A DNA stretch of 63,679 nucleotides, filler included, from Phoronis australis (taxonomy: Eukaryota > Animalia > Phoronida): NCBI GenBank assembly GCA_002633005.1. It is 10 parts of 10 records of this genome, joined end to end, with 100 filler letters (N's around TTAATTAATTAA, not from the genome) between each part and the next. Parts side by side here need not be neighbours in the genome. Positions count along the whole stretch, not along the records: positions 33,480 to 53,910 come from NMRA01001018.1; positions 54,011 to 56,457 come from NMRA01003664.1; positions 56,558 to 58,538 come from NMRA01000339.1; positions 58,639 to 61,252 come from NMRA01003554.1; positions 61,353 to 63,679 come from NMRA01003736.1; 5 more parts are not named here. One strand, 5' to 3'. The notes below the pieces were generated by a model. It saw only the letters and a program-made list of their open reading frames with translations. It was not told where the DNA came from and ran no database searches. Numbering within the stretch: position 1 is the stretch's first letter; each line of letters opens with the position of its first letter. Made by a program: the position numbers and the translations under genes. Below, in pieces: positions 51,923-63,679 of this stretch.

Positions 51923-52002
51923 TGTTTGAATACTTCATGTTTGAATACTTAATGTTTGAATACTTAATGTTTGAATACTTAATGTTTGAATACTTAATGT
52001 TT
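51923..52002. repeat. 15-bp tandem repeat, ~5 copies
   Basis: Unit tgtttgaatacttaa. Confidence 0.9.
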
Positions 52003-54010
52003 TATGCACTTGAGTCTCCTATATTTGTGCTACTAATTTGAGTAAAACTCTACGTTTTGAGCAAAGACTAAAAATTTCCTGTTCAGACTTGAACTTGTTG
52101 CCGTAGGGGTCATGAAGTGCAAACTAAGAGTAGACAGTTGCTCGCATAAACCATAATGTACTCTAGCATAGAATAGTTCAGTCTTATTTGGAGTTCACCC
52201 TATAATTTCCAGTTCGAAGATTAGATCTTGGGCCCTGCTGTAATCAGTTGAAAGTTATAATTGTTGAATATGCATGAATAAGTGGACAAGGCAAGTGAAT
52301 ATCATCTACCTGGTACTTACTCGTAAGTTCCCCAAACCAGCTGAGACAAGCAAACAACTCAAGATTTTTGTTCCAGAAAGTCAAAACGTGTAAGGCTGTG
52401 TTACCCACTATCATGTGTGGCTGAGCCAACTGAAGCAATGCTGGTGTGGCTTTGTTACAACGTGCCTGCTTTATAAAAATTCATTTGCATAATTACAACG
52501 TTCACTTCACAAGTCAAAAAATAATTATTGTATTTCTTCAAGTTAATGTGGTTGCAGCGAACTTTGGTTAAAGTGAACGTTTCGGAAAAGTTCTGGGAGA
52601 TTTGCCGTTTGACTATACAATGTGTCACACATTTAGAACTCACCCTTCACATAGTGGATAACGTTTTTCTCAAAATTACATACACAAAATAGTATGAAAA
52701 CAGTTATGTCATGCATTCAAATGCCTGTTTCATTTATTGATGAATCTTTATTCACACAAAATCAAGGAAATATACAGCTCTAAATTATCACGTGAAGTTC
52801 ACTACACAAGTACACATCTACAAAAAATAAAAATTGCTCAATTAAGAGGACTACAGCATGCTTCTATGTGCCCACTAGATTCATCACAAAGTTGTTAAGA
52901 CTGGTTACCATTTCAAAGTACAAACATCCCAACAAGAAGCAGTAACTAGTAAAAATTGAAATAGCTATTAGTACTACTTGTCCATGAATTGTAAGTTGCA
53001 TTTACAAATTACACCCCACTTATCTGCAGACAGTGCATTACCATACCCTTTGTATTTCCAATGCAATAAACCTTATCTGGGAGAAAGAATTCCAGGTGCA
53101 CTACTTTGTAACAAAGATTTGCACTTTCAATGTCTTTATCAATAGGCTTTGACTTGCGACTTGGCTGGGGTAAAGCACCTCGCCTAGCCTAGTCTTGATG
53201 TAACAAGGTCTGTAAACGCTATTCTCATGGCCTGTGCAAAATGAGGAACTAAATACAGCAGCTGAACTCCAGAATCCGCCAGATAAGGTAAATTTCAAGA
53301 AATTGTTGCAAATTGGCATACCCTTGTAAATTTCATTTCAAACATTAGCAGGGGTCATCCACTTTGATATTAAAACGGCTAAATTTCTCAACAATCAACG
53401 TATACAACATAGCAGAGAAAGTACGCCAAAAATATAGAAATTGCCACCAGGATGCCCAGTACTACAGTGAGACGTGAAAATTATAAATTATTACTTCTGA
53501 AATTGCCATAAAACAAATTTCCTGTCATTGCAGAGACGCCTGGTTCCTACTAGGGATTGATGACCAACTGGTTCCTGAGAAAACTCTATTGCCCTGCGCC
53601 GGTGTGCATGGACAACAGTTGTGAGGCCTTAGACCATGAATCAGATAGTTTAAATCTGACCCTCCATGTCTATAGAGATGGGGTTCTTGGCTTTAACCCA
53701 GGCCATTGTGATTCACAATTTTGGCGTCTACTTTTACCTGAATGAATAACAATGTTCATCATCTAGAGCTACAGTGAATTGTCTTGTACTGATGAGAACC
53801 AATGCGTTAACCCAGTTACAGATGCAGATGTTAAAACTGTAATTCCCACAAAGGGACAAAGCACTAGTCAATTTGTGCAAAAATGGACGAGTGTTGTCCA
53901 GTTCTTGATANNNNNNNNNNNNNNNNNNNNNNNNNNNNNNNNNNNNNNNNNNNNTTAATTAATTAANNNNNNNNNNNNNNNNNNNNNNNNNNNNNNNNNN
54001 NNNNNNNNNN

Positions 54011-54412
54011 TCTCTCGATGTTTATATCTACAATGTTCAGCTGCTCCTTGAGAAACTCTTCAAGTTGCTTTTCCGATTCTTCCCAGATTTCATTACCACT
54101 TTCAACCATGCCATGGAATATAAGGTTGTCTCGCCTGGATCGATTCTCTAAATCATCTAACTTTTCTTCCAGTGATTTGACCTGATCACGCAACATAGAG
54201 TTCTCTTCCCTTTACGTGGCATACTCGTGTCTGAGCGACTCAAAGTCGTTGGACAGTTTTTCGAACTTGTCGTTTATTATCTCTAATAGTTGACGGTTAG
54301 ATATATCTGTAGTCTTTGGGCTCGTCTCACTTCTAGGCATATAGGACGAAATGCTTCGAGTCACTGACCTGTCACTGGCTGAAGGTGTTGTTGTCTTCCT
54401 AGTCCTAGGCAT
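54011..54412 (-). mobile_element. LINE ORF1 (L1-type coiled coil + RRM start) with one in-frame stop, truncated by a spacer
   Basis: ORFs 54212-54412 and 53963-54196 are co-frame; contain LEEKLDDLENRSRRDNLIFHG..E...E.W...INIER. Confidence 0.8.
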
Positions 54413-55020
54413 TATCGCTAATATTACGTAAGTAGGTCAATTAATGGCGGACAGGGTGCGGTTATTCCTTCTGCCTCAGGTGCTCCACACACATACTAAA
54501 TATTCACTTCTGAAGTGAGAAGCACACAATTTGTCAGCCTCCACGAGGTCACTGTGTTTAACTTTCTCAACCAAACCACAAATTTGATGAAAATACTTCA
54601 CTTGTTCAGTCAAAAGAATCAATTTTCGAGACACAATTCTCACCTGGATGCCTATAATGCGACACCTACCGGTATAGTTACAAGGAGTTACCATTTTGGG
54701 AACTGAATGAAGTACTGCTAGAAGAAAAAGTTTGATAACGGATACATTTGTTAGACTTTGGAAGGAATTAAAAACATGGACAGCCTCCTAAGGTGTCCCT
54801 CTACACATACTAATAATAACATGAGGCATGATTTGCTGAAAACCTGACGGTGTATGATTATGAAGTGCTTGGAGCTTCACTGTCTCTGTTGAGCCAGCTA
54901 AAGATGGTGGTCACCGTCTAAGTAATAGCAACGTAACTTTGAAGAACCTATGGGTACATCACCATCTCTACTGCTAAGCAGGGACGGTGGAAGTGTCCAA
55001 GATGAAATCAAATTGGTCAC

Positions 55021-55156
55021 CTCTCAATACATCCATGAGTAACCCGACACCTTCCTGGTAGCAAAGCAAACAAGATGCGTAATCCTGCTTCTGGTCAAGT
55101 TCGACAGCACGTTTTAATAATGCCCCAGCTCCGTCCAAACCAGCAAGTTTGTTCAT
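55021..55156 (-). CDS. MITD1: MIT domain-containing protein 1, exon 1
   Basis: GALLKRAVELDQKQDYASCLLCYQEGVGLLMDVLR matches the MITD1 pattern LKRAVELD...CYQEG..LL..VL; donor g|gtgacc. Confidence 0.82.
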
Positions 55157-56310
55157 GGCTAGATAACTACCAGCTAGCTGATGGCTAGCTAATACTCAGC
55201 TCTTAAAAAGAGCTCTGTTTAAGAACTGGTTTACCGACTAGGAGAGACCTATTCCGCCACAATAAAGCTATCGACTAGCTACTGGCCATCCAAAACAAGG
55301 AAAAAGCGGAAGTTTGCGGAATTCCCATTTCCAAGGGAGATAATTATGTTTTTTTAAAGCCAGAAAGAAAGTTTTCTAAAAGCATCAGAGTTACAGAAAG
55401 TTTAGGGTACTTAATTCAAAGTAAACATCGTAGAAGGGCAGGTTTTTAGGATACATAAAAGTTTAATGGTAGTCATTTATTTTCTTTGAAAAATAAAAAT
55501 CAATAGGCTTAGAAGTTAGCTTTGAGAGTACTTTGTTGACCAAGTGTCAGGTCAAAATCAATGACCGAATTTATTATTAACAATCATCAAATAAGCTGTA
55601 TTTAAATTTTATTTTACATTTGTCTCTTTTTATTGAGTTATATTTAGATTTTATAGTTAATGTGGTATAAAATAGGCAAAATTAAATGAAAAATTATCAT
55701 TAATTTTATCGGTGTATTATTAAAGCAGCCTTATGCAGTTTCTCGGAAAACCCCCAAATGTTTGTGCAGTTGTTAGCTCTTTGTATGGGTCAGAGGAGGA
55801 TATTTGTTCTTGTCGACGACTTTAATCGCACGTCTTTGCTATGCATTCGTGTTCTTGTTTTTGCATAGCTCTATTCGCATTTGCGATATCCATTCCTAGT
55901 CAAATTCATTCTTTTACNAATAAAACAGGTAGGCCTATGTAATGTTACCAATGAATCTTGCATTGTTTCTGTTTGTGCTGGTAGGCCTAGTAGTCGATAT
56001 AGCGGCCCCTGATTTAGAGAACCAGGCAATTACTGAATAACGGCCCCGTTATTTAGTGGATGAGCTGGTTCTCTAAATCAAGGACCGTCATATCCAACCA
56101 ATGCCAGTTAGTGGTGGTTTTAAAACGCAAAAGGAAAACTATCTTTTTTGAGTTTGTCCAAGTGAGAAATTGACGGGCACACAATAACTTAATTTTCTGT
56201 GGTCCCCCAGGTTACCTCTGGGTTTCCACTCACTCGTTGTTCTGAGCTGGCAGGCTCTACAATTATTGAATTAGATCACAGGCGTCCTCAGTTTCTGATC
56301 GTCCCCAATA

Positions 56311-56457
56311 CACTCTATATATACATACATTACATACATATACTACAAGGTATGCCACTCTATATATACATACATTACATACACATACTACAAGGTATGA
56401 CACTCTATATATACATACATTACATACACATACTACAAGGTATGCCACTCTATATAT
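56311..56457. repeat. 45-bp minisatellite running into a spacer
   Basis: Unit cactctatatatacatacattacatacacatactacaaggtatgc. Confidence 0.9.
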
Positions 56458-56557
56458 NNNNNNNNNNNNNNNNNNNNNNNNNNNNNNNNNNNNNNNNNNN
56501 NTTAATTAATTAANNNNNNNNNNNNNNNNNNNNNNNNNNNNNNNNNNNNNNNNNNNN

Positions 56558-58538
56558 TCAGTAAAGGAAATGAAAAATATTTGACTTTCAACGGTGAAGT
56601 TTTCTTCAATCGGCGAAAAACCGCGCACGACTTTGCCCTACCTCGAAAAACCGAGAATTTTTCGGAGATTCCGCTTCCTCACTTCAAACGTCTATTGCCG
56701 GAAATTAACCGTTGAAAATCGCTGCCTCTCCGTTCCTAGGTTCTCTGGCCCTCCCTTAGTAAAGAAACTTAAATAAGCTTGACTTTCAACGGTAGGGTTT
56801 TCGTCAATCGGCGCAAAACCCGCACCACTTTGCCCTACCTCGAAAAACCGATAATTTTTCGGAGATTCCGCTCCCTCACTTCAAACGTCTGTTGCCGGAA
56901 AACTAACCGTTGAAAATCGCTGCCCCTCCGTTCCTAGGTTCTCTCGCCCTCCCTTAGTAAAGGAAAAGAAAAATACTTGACTTTCAACAGTGAAGTTTTC
57001 TTCAATCGGCGAAAAACCGCGCACTACTTTGCCCTACCTCGAAAAACCAAGAATTTTTTGGAGATTCCGCCTGCTCACTTCAAACGTCTATTGCCGGAAA
57101 ACTAACCGTTGAAAATCGATGCCCCTCCGTTCCTAGGTCCTCTGGCCAATCCTCAGTAAAGGAAAAGAAAAATATTTGACTTTCAAAGGTGAAGTTTTCT
57201 TCAATCGGCGAAAAACCGCGCACGACTTTGCCCTACCTCGAAAAACCGAGAATTTTTCGGAGATTCCGCCTCTTCACTTCAAACGTGTGTTGCCGGAAAA
57301 ATAACCGTTGAAAATCGCTGCCTCTCCGTTCCTAGGCTCTCTGGCCCTCCCTCAGTAAAGGAACATAAATAAACTTGACTTTCAACGGTAGGGTTTTCGT
57401 CAATCGGCACAAAACCCGCACCACTTTTCCCTACCTCGAAAAACCGAGAATTTTACGGAGATTCCGCCTCCTCATTTCAAACGTCTATTGCCGGAAAACT
57501 AGCCGTTGAAAATCGATGCTCCTCCGGTCCTTGGTTTTCTGGCCATACCTCAGTAAAGGAAAAACAAAAAATAATTGACTTTCAACGTTGAAATTTTCTT
57601 CAATCGGCGAAAAACCGCTCACTACTTTGCACTACCTCGAAAAACCGAGAATTTTTCGGAGATTCCGTTTCTTCACTTCAAACGTCTGGTGCCGGAAACA
57701 TAACCGTTGAAAATCGATGCCCCTCCGTTCCTAGGTCCTCTGGCCAATCGTCAGTAAAGGAAAAGAAAAAAATGGCTTTCAATGGTGAAGTTTTCGTCAA
57801 TCGACGAAAATCCGCGCACGACTTTGCCCTACCTCGAAAAACCGAGAATTTTTCGGAGATTCCGTTTCTTCATTTCAAACGTCTGTTGCCGGAAAAATAA
57901 CCGTTGAAAATCGCTGCCTCTCCGTTCCTAGGTTCTCTTGCCCTAACTTAGTAAAGGAAGAGAAATAAACTTGACTTTCAACGGTAGGGTTTTCTTCAAT
58001 CGGCGCAAAACCCGCACCACTTTGCCCTATCTCGAAAAACCGAGAATTTTACGGAGATTCCGCCTCCTCAATTCAAACGTTTTTTGCCGGAAAATTAACC
58101 GTTGAAAATCGATCCCCCTCCGTTCATAGGTTCTCTTGCCCTCCCTTAGTAAAGGAACAGAAATAAACTTGACTTTCAACTGTTGCGTTTTCGTCAATCT
58201 GCGCCAAACCCGACGAACTTTGCACTACCTCGAAAAACCGAGAAATTTACGGAGATTCCGCCTCCTCACATCAAACGTCTTTTTGCAGAAAACTAACTGT
58301 TGAAAATCGATGCCCCTCCGTTCCTAGGTTCTCTGGCCCTCCCCCAGTAAAGGAAAATAAAAAAATGTCTTTCAACGGTTGGGTTTTCGCCAACCGGCGC
58401 AAAACCCGCACCACTTTGCCCTACCTCGAAAAACCGAGAATTTTTCGGAGATTCCGCCTCCTCAATTCAAACGTCTGTTGCTGAAAAACTAACCGTCGAA
58501 AATCGCTGCCCCTCCGTTCCTAGGTTCTCTGGCCCTTC
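56558..58538 (+). repeat. ~198-bp satellite array, 10 monomers, filling the whole contig
   Basis: agtaaagg recurs at ~56560, 56758, 56956, 57155, 57354, 57552, 57753, 57950, 58148 and 58346. Confidence 0.95.
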
Positions 58539-58966
58539 NNNNNNNNNNNNNNNNNNNNNNNNNNNNNNNNNNNNNNNNNNNNTTAATTAATTAANNNNNN
58601 NNNNNNNNNNNNNNNNNNNNNNNNNNNNNNNNNNNNNNCAAGTAGCCTAAAACTAGCAAAGTCAGATCCAACTGGTCCGAGAGATTTTATCAAAAATGGT
58701 TTAAACCTCTCTTGTCTGAAGACCTAAGTGCATGAACTAGGACAACTGTACCGCGGAACGTTGTGCGATCGAGTTGTGGGAAAGTGTGACACGTGTATGT
58801 CCGACTTAACTGGAATTTTATTCTCACTGACTGTTATTGTCTATCTTACATAGCTACACCATTTGATGTTTGATAACACAACCCTTCTTTTCCCGTTCAA
58901 TTGACAACCATGTTATGAGTGGTTTAGCAGAAGTGTAGGTGCTTCCTGAGTGGGAATGTGTATTAG

Positions 58967-59458
<492 letters not shown>

Positions 59459-62400
59459 GTAAATAACAATAGATCTCCTCTCTTAATTCTGACTGAAAGT
59501 GACGTGTCATAATGACTTCAATATCTTATTACAATTACCACTATGGTCTGTTGTGTAAAGTAATTGAACATGTTAAACCAAATTTNTGAACATGTTAAAC
59601 CAAATTTCACATTTGATTGCTGTACTTCATAACGGCGTATAGTCCAAGTGCTCAGATTTTTTTAGCTAAACAGTTAACAGCTGTATAAATTTTTCTACAT
59701 CTCACAAGCATTCGAAATGGCGTGTTTTTTCGAGAGCTCTTTGTCAACTTTGTTCAAAATCATAATCGTGAAAACAAAACTGTCAATCAATCTACGTAGG
59801 ATTAATGTTTGTCCATTGGGAGGAAGACTGTCCTCGTGAACACGTTAATGCAGCTGACTGTGTATTTTGCAAGCATGACTATAAGCGATTAGATGACTCT
59901 GCCTTAATGTGCCATATGCTGGGAGATTGGAACATGACTTTTCAAATAGTGATGCAGTATAGTATTTACTTGGCACTGTCACACCATTGCAATTCAAATA
60001 AGCAAAACATCGAATGTTTAATGATAATTCTTTATACGTTCAAAATTACTGACAAATACTTTCATGAGAGAGTGGGGGGAAGACACCATGGAATCGTGTA
60101 GCAGCCGTCAGTTTTATAAAATCACAGCTTACACGGCACAGCCAAGAGAGATGAAACGTTGCCTGTTTCAAGACAAACTTGTCGAAAACTACTGTAACAG
60201 CTAAATGTAGAATCTTACTGTTTCTGGTAACTAAATTTTTAGAAGCCTACAATTTGCTACTAACAATTCTCTGACTGATGTTAACCACACCGATTATTTT
60301 CAGTGCTTTTTGTTTGCATTCATTTTGGATCTAAATTTTCCTCAACACAAGACAGCTTTGCTAGGTTTAATTAATGAAAATGACAGGTGACACTTTGGCA
60401 TGCGTGATTATTGCCGTAAACTAATGAATTAATGCCCTGGGCGCTTAAGTTGGGGGGTGGACGATGACCTGAGCAGTGGGCGCTTAAACGAAAAATTGTC
60501 AGCGAACACTGGTTTACTTAAGCTGTCACAAAAATGCAAGGGGGAGACTGGAGAAAAAAAATAAAATTACTGGTATGCTGTTGCTACCAAGTTGGCGTGG
60601 TAAGACGGCATTCCTGAGTGCTGCCGTAGTTTTTTTCTCATACAGAGTTTTGACAATTTTTTCTTTTACCAACAGCCGGAATACCATGGTGGCTGTGATA
60701 AAAATTGTTGTGCAACTTGCCACACTTTTAAGTGGAGCGTCCACACACACATATCCGATAACTAGGGTAAAGCAGAAGTTGTTGCTTTGTGCACGACAAT
60801 GAACACCTAATGCGAGTACGACTTGCAAATGAAAACTCGTCAACCGCAGCTGATAATTACTTCAGCCCTACCCCACTTTTGCAGCCACACAGTGATTACA
60901 AGTGGCACAAGTTACCCTAGAACAAGTTACACTACCTCGGTAATGTGAAGTCACTTGTTCTATGGTAAGTATGTGTGTGGACAGCACTTGACTATTTTAA
61001 TGCAACAATCAACAAAGGCACTCTTTATTTAACGTAATGCCACCTTTGGCTGAAGTGTAGACCGACTATGAATTTCAGATTCTGATTGCAGTAGCACCCT
61101 CTTGTGTAGGCAATGACCATCGCCTCTGTTGGCCCGAAGCAGAGGCGATGTAGAGGCTGTAGGCGCTCTGTACGCTGGAAGCTTTTCGGCGAATTATGCC
61201 TCGCACCGACTAAACCATCAAAGTCACGTTGTTACAAATACCTTTTGCGCATNNNNNNNNNNNNNNNNNNNNNNNNNNNNNNNNNNNNNNNNNNNNTTAA
61301 TTAATTAANNNNNNNNNNNNNNNNNNNNNNNNNNNNNNNNNNNNNNNNNNNNAACCGCCATCAAATCTTGCGTGGTATGACATGTTGCTGCTGACACGTT
61401 GATCAAGCTCCTTGGTCTGTGTCATGAAAGTGATTTAAAACTTAAGACAGAAATCTGGTCTTTCACTCCCACTTCACTGTAGCTGAAAAAAGCTTAGTCA
61501 AGCACTTATGATCACGTCACTGTCAAGAAATATTGTGTTAAAATCATCTCTTTATTTCACAGCTATGTGTATACAAACTTGCGTAGAGACTACAGTCAAA
61601 TGTTTGCTTTAACTCTTTTTATGGAACAGAAGCCTGGCTGATTCCTCCCCAATTTATCTTTGTTCATAGGTGGTCTTGATTGTCTGGTCAACGTACAGTA
61701 CATATTCCGTTAAAGCCGAACTTCAAAGGAATTTTGATATTTTAGATGTATTGGACTAACCAGTTACTGCTACATTTACATGTTGCTAAGTCTTAGGAAA
61801 ATAAGAAAATGCAACCCCAAAATGATAGGGGAAGCTGTCTTTTCATGCCATATTGCGTAATTTCGCGAGGTCCCAGCACAACAAAAAGCCGATAGGCTTT
61901 ACAAATTGAATTGGGGTCGGAAGTGAATTTCACACAATTGTCTAAAAAGCATTTTCAAGTATTGTATCGTCTCCTTTGTGTGATGTTGATAAGAGAATGG
62001 CTAAAAGCCAGCACAATGTATATAAGCTTATGGTGTATTAAACGGTAAATGCCATATAAACATCATTGATTGTCACTAGAGTCTCACTAAAACATTTGGT
62101 TTATTCAGGATTTCANAAACAAACAAGACACTCGCCACAGAAATTGTGTTAGAATTAGCTACTTGGGTTGGCCGACATGACGGAGGTAAGTAATTAGAGC
62201 TATTTTCATGTATGACCGTTTATTTCGCTACTACGATTGCTAGTCGCAGGTCGTTCCGGTCGCAATCCTCGCGTGTATTTAATTGTATGTACTGATCGAA
62301 TTTGTGGAATCTCTTATCTTAGTGATGGTAAGCTGTAATTGATAAAGCCATTGTGAAACATGCACTCGTATTTTGAGTATCAGAATATGCTTCCGTAATG

Positions 62401-63679
62401 AATATTTCACGATTGGAATGGAACAGATTACTTCCGCGTTTCCAAAATCTGCATCAAAACAAGGCACACCGATCTGCATTTTTCGTCCTACAGTACATGT
62501 AGGTGTGTGCGACTAAACATCCTTCCCGGGTTTTTCAAAATGTTCACATTGAAACGTAAACGTTTCGTTGAAAAGCCCATCCTATGGGCGCACCCAGGGG
62601 GCTCGTTTGGTGAATTGGGCAAAAAAGGTCCGGCTCAGTGAAACAAAACGTTCGGATAAACGAGACAAAAGTCTACAAAGTCCAAGGGAAGTCGGCGCGG
62701 ATGCACAATACGTGGGCCTGAACCTAGTGGCTCCGTTTTGTTTAGTCCACGTTGACTTTTTTCAGTAAAAGGTCCGCATATCGAAAAATTCGAGCCCCCC
62801 CCCCCCTAAATTTTAGGCTGGGTACGCGCATGCACCCCCAATTTGTTTGCCAGTAACCTTCATCCACATACATGTATGCCGTTATAGTGAGCACTTAAGT
62901 GCGAAGCACTTCTGGTACCTCTAACAATTCCCTCTCGTCCAACCTCGGCTTGCAACAAAGAAACACTGCTGTGCATTTTCAGGCGAAGCTGCTTTGATGT
63001 TGCGCGTCCAGTTGCGGAAATCAACGTAACCGCCTGGGTCCATACTTCAAATAAGTTGAAAGTCACAATCTATCGGTTACACCAGGTTACGAAAACTGAG
63101 TAACTAGCGACCTGTAATTTGAGAAAAACCGACGATATATAATCACAACCCACAGAAAACGCATGGTAAAATTGCAACCAGGATGACCCACGCTTGTGTT
63201 CAAGTAGCGATCTTGATGACAGAAATGGGCGTGCAGCTCCCCCATTGTTCATGTCACAAACTTAATTCACTATAAAGTCCCACGAGTCTTTTGGAATATA
63301 CCAGTACAATGGGGCTATTCGGAGAATTCTCCTCGAGGTGTCGCTGCTGTACTAGTGGTGATTGAATTGCGCATGCGTCGCTGTCTGCATGTAAACAACT
63401 GGTAAAAGATGGAATTTTTATCAAAATACGTCGTCGCGCTAAGCTTTATTACTGCTAATTTCCCTGGTGCAAGTCTTCGACAGTGGCCACAAATTCCCAA
63501 AAAAACCTAAGGTTACTATATTCGTGGACAATTGCGGTCAACGGGGTCAACTAACTGACAAAAAGTGTGTGGATGCTGAAGCCCCGTGTGAGCTCTATGA
63601 CTATGCAGTTCCATTCGGAGACTACACAACATTACTTGGTAAGTTTTTAGCAATCAGTTTCTATCAACATCGTTCGGTG

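Overview
This is animal (invertebrate, intron-rich, AT-rich) draft-genome sequence, not prokaryotic. It consists of ten pieces joined by nine artificial 100-nt spacers (N44-TTAATTAATTAA-N44), so adjacency across spacers is not evidence of linkage. Spliced genes reconstructed by hand from GT/AG boundaries and phase: STK16 (first 2 exons, -), DDI1/DDI2-type aspartyl protease (6 exons, +, 3' end missing), a glycine-zipper protein C-terminus (-), a class I SAM methyltransferase (3 exons, +), sorbitol dehydrogenase (3 internal exons, -), TRIAP1/Mdm35 (complete, -, GC-AG intron) head-to-head with GATC (4 exons, +), MITD1 exon 1 (-) and a TRIM23/ARD1-type ARF-domain exon (+). The rest is transposon- and repeat-derived: Helentron-associated elements (one nested in another), a hAT-like element with a 5-bp TSD, a Kolobok-like element with a THAP remnant, Harbinger-like and foldback MITEs, LINE fragments, tRNA-like SINE remnants, a ~198-bp satellite and several intronic minisatellites. 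I found no demonstrably new enzymatic system. The most striking unexplained signal is about 25 co-oriented CTCF-consensus-like motifs spaced ~145-160 bp apart inside the Helentron-associated elements in GATC introns.
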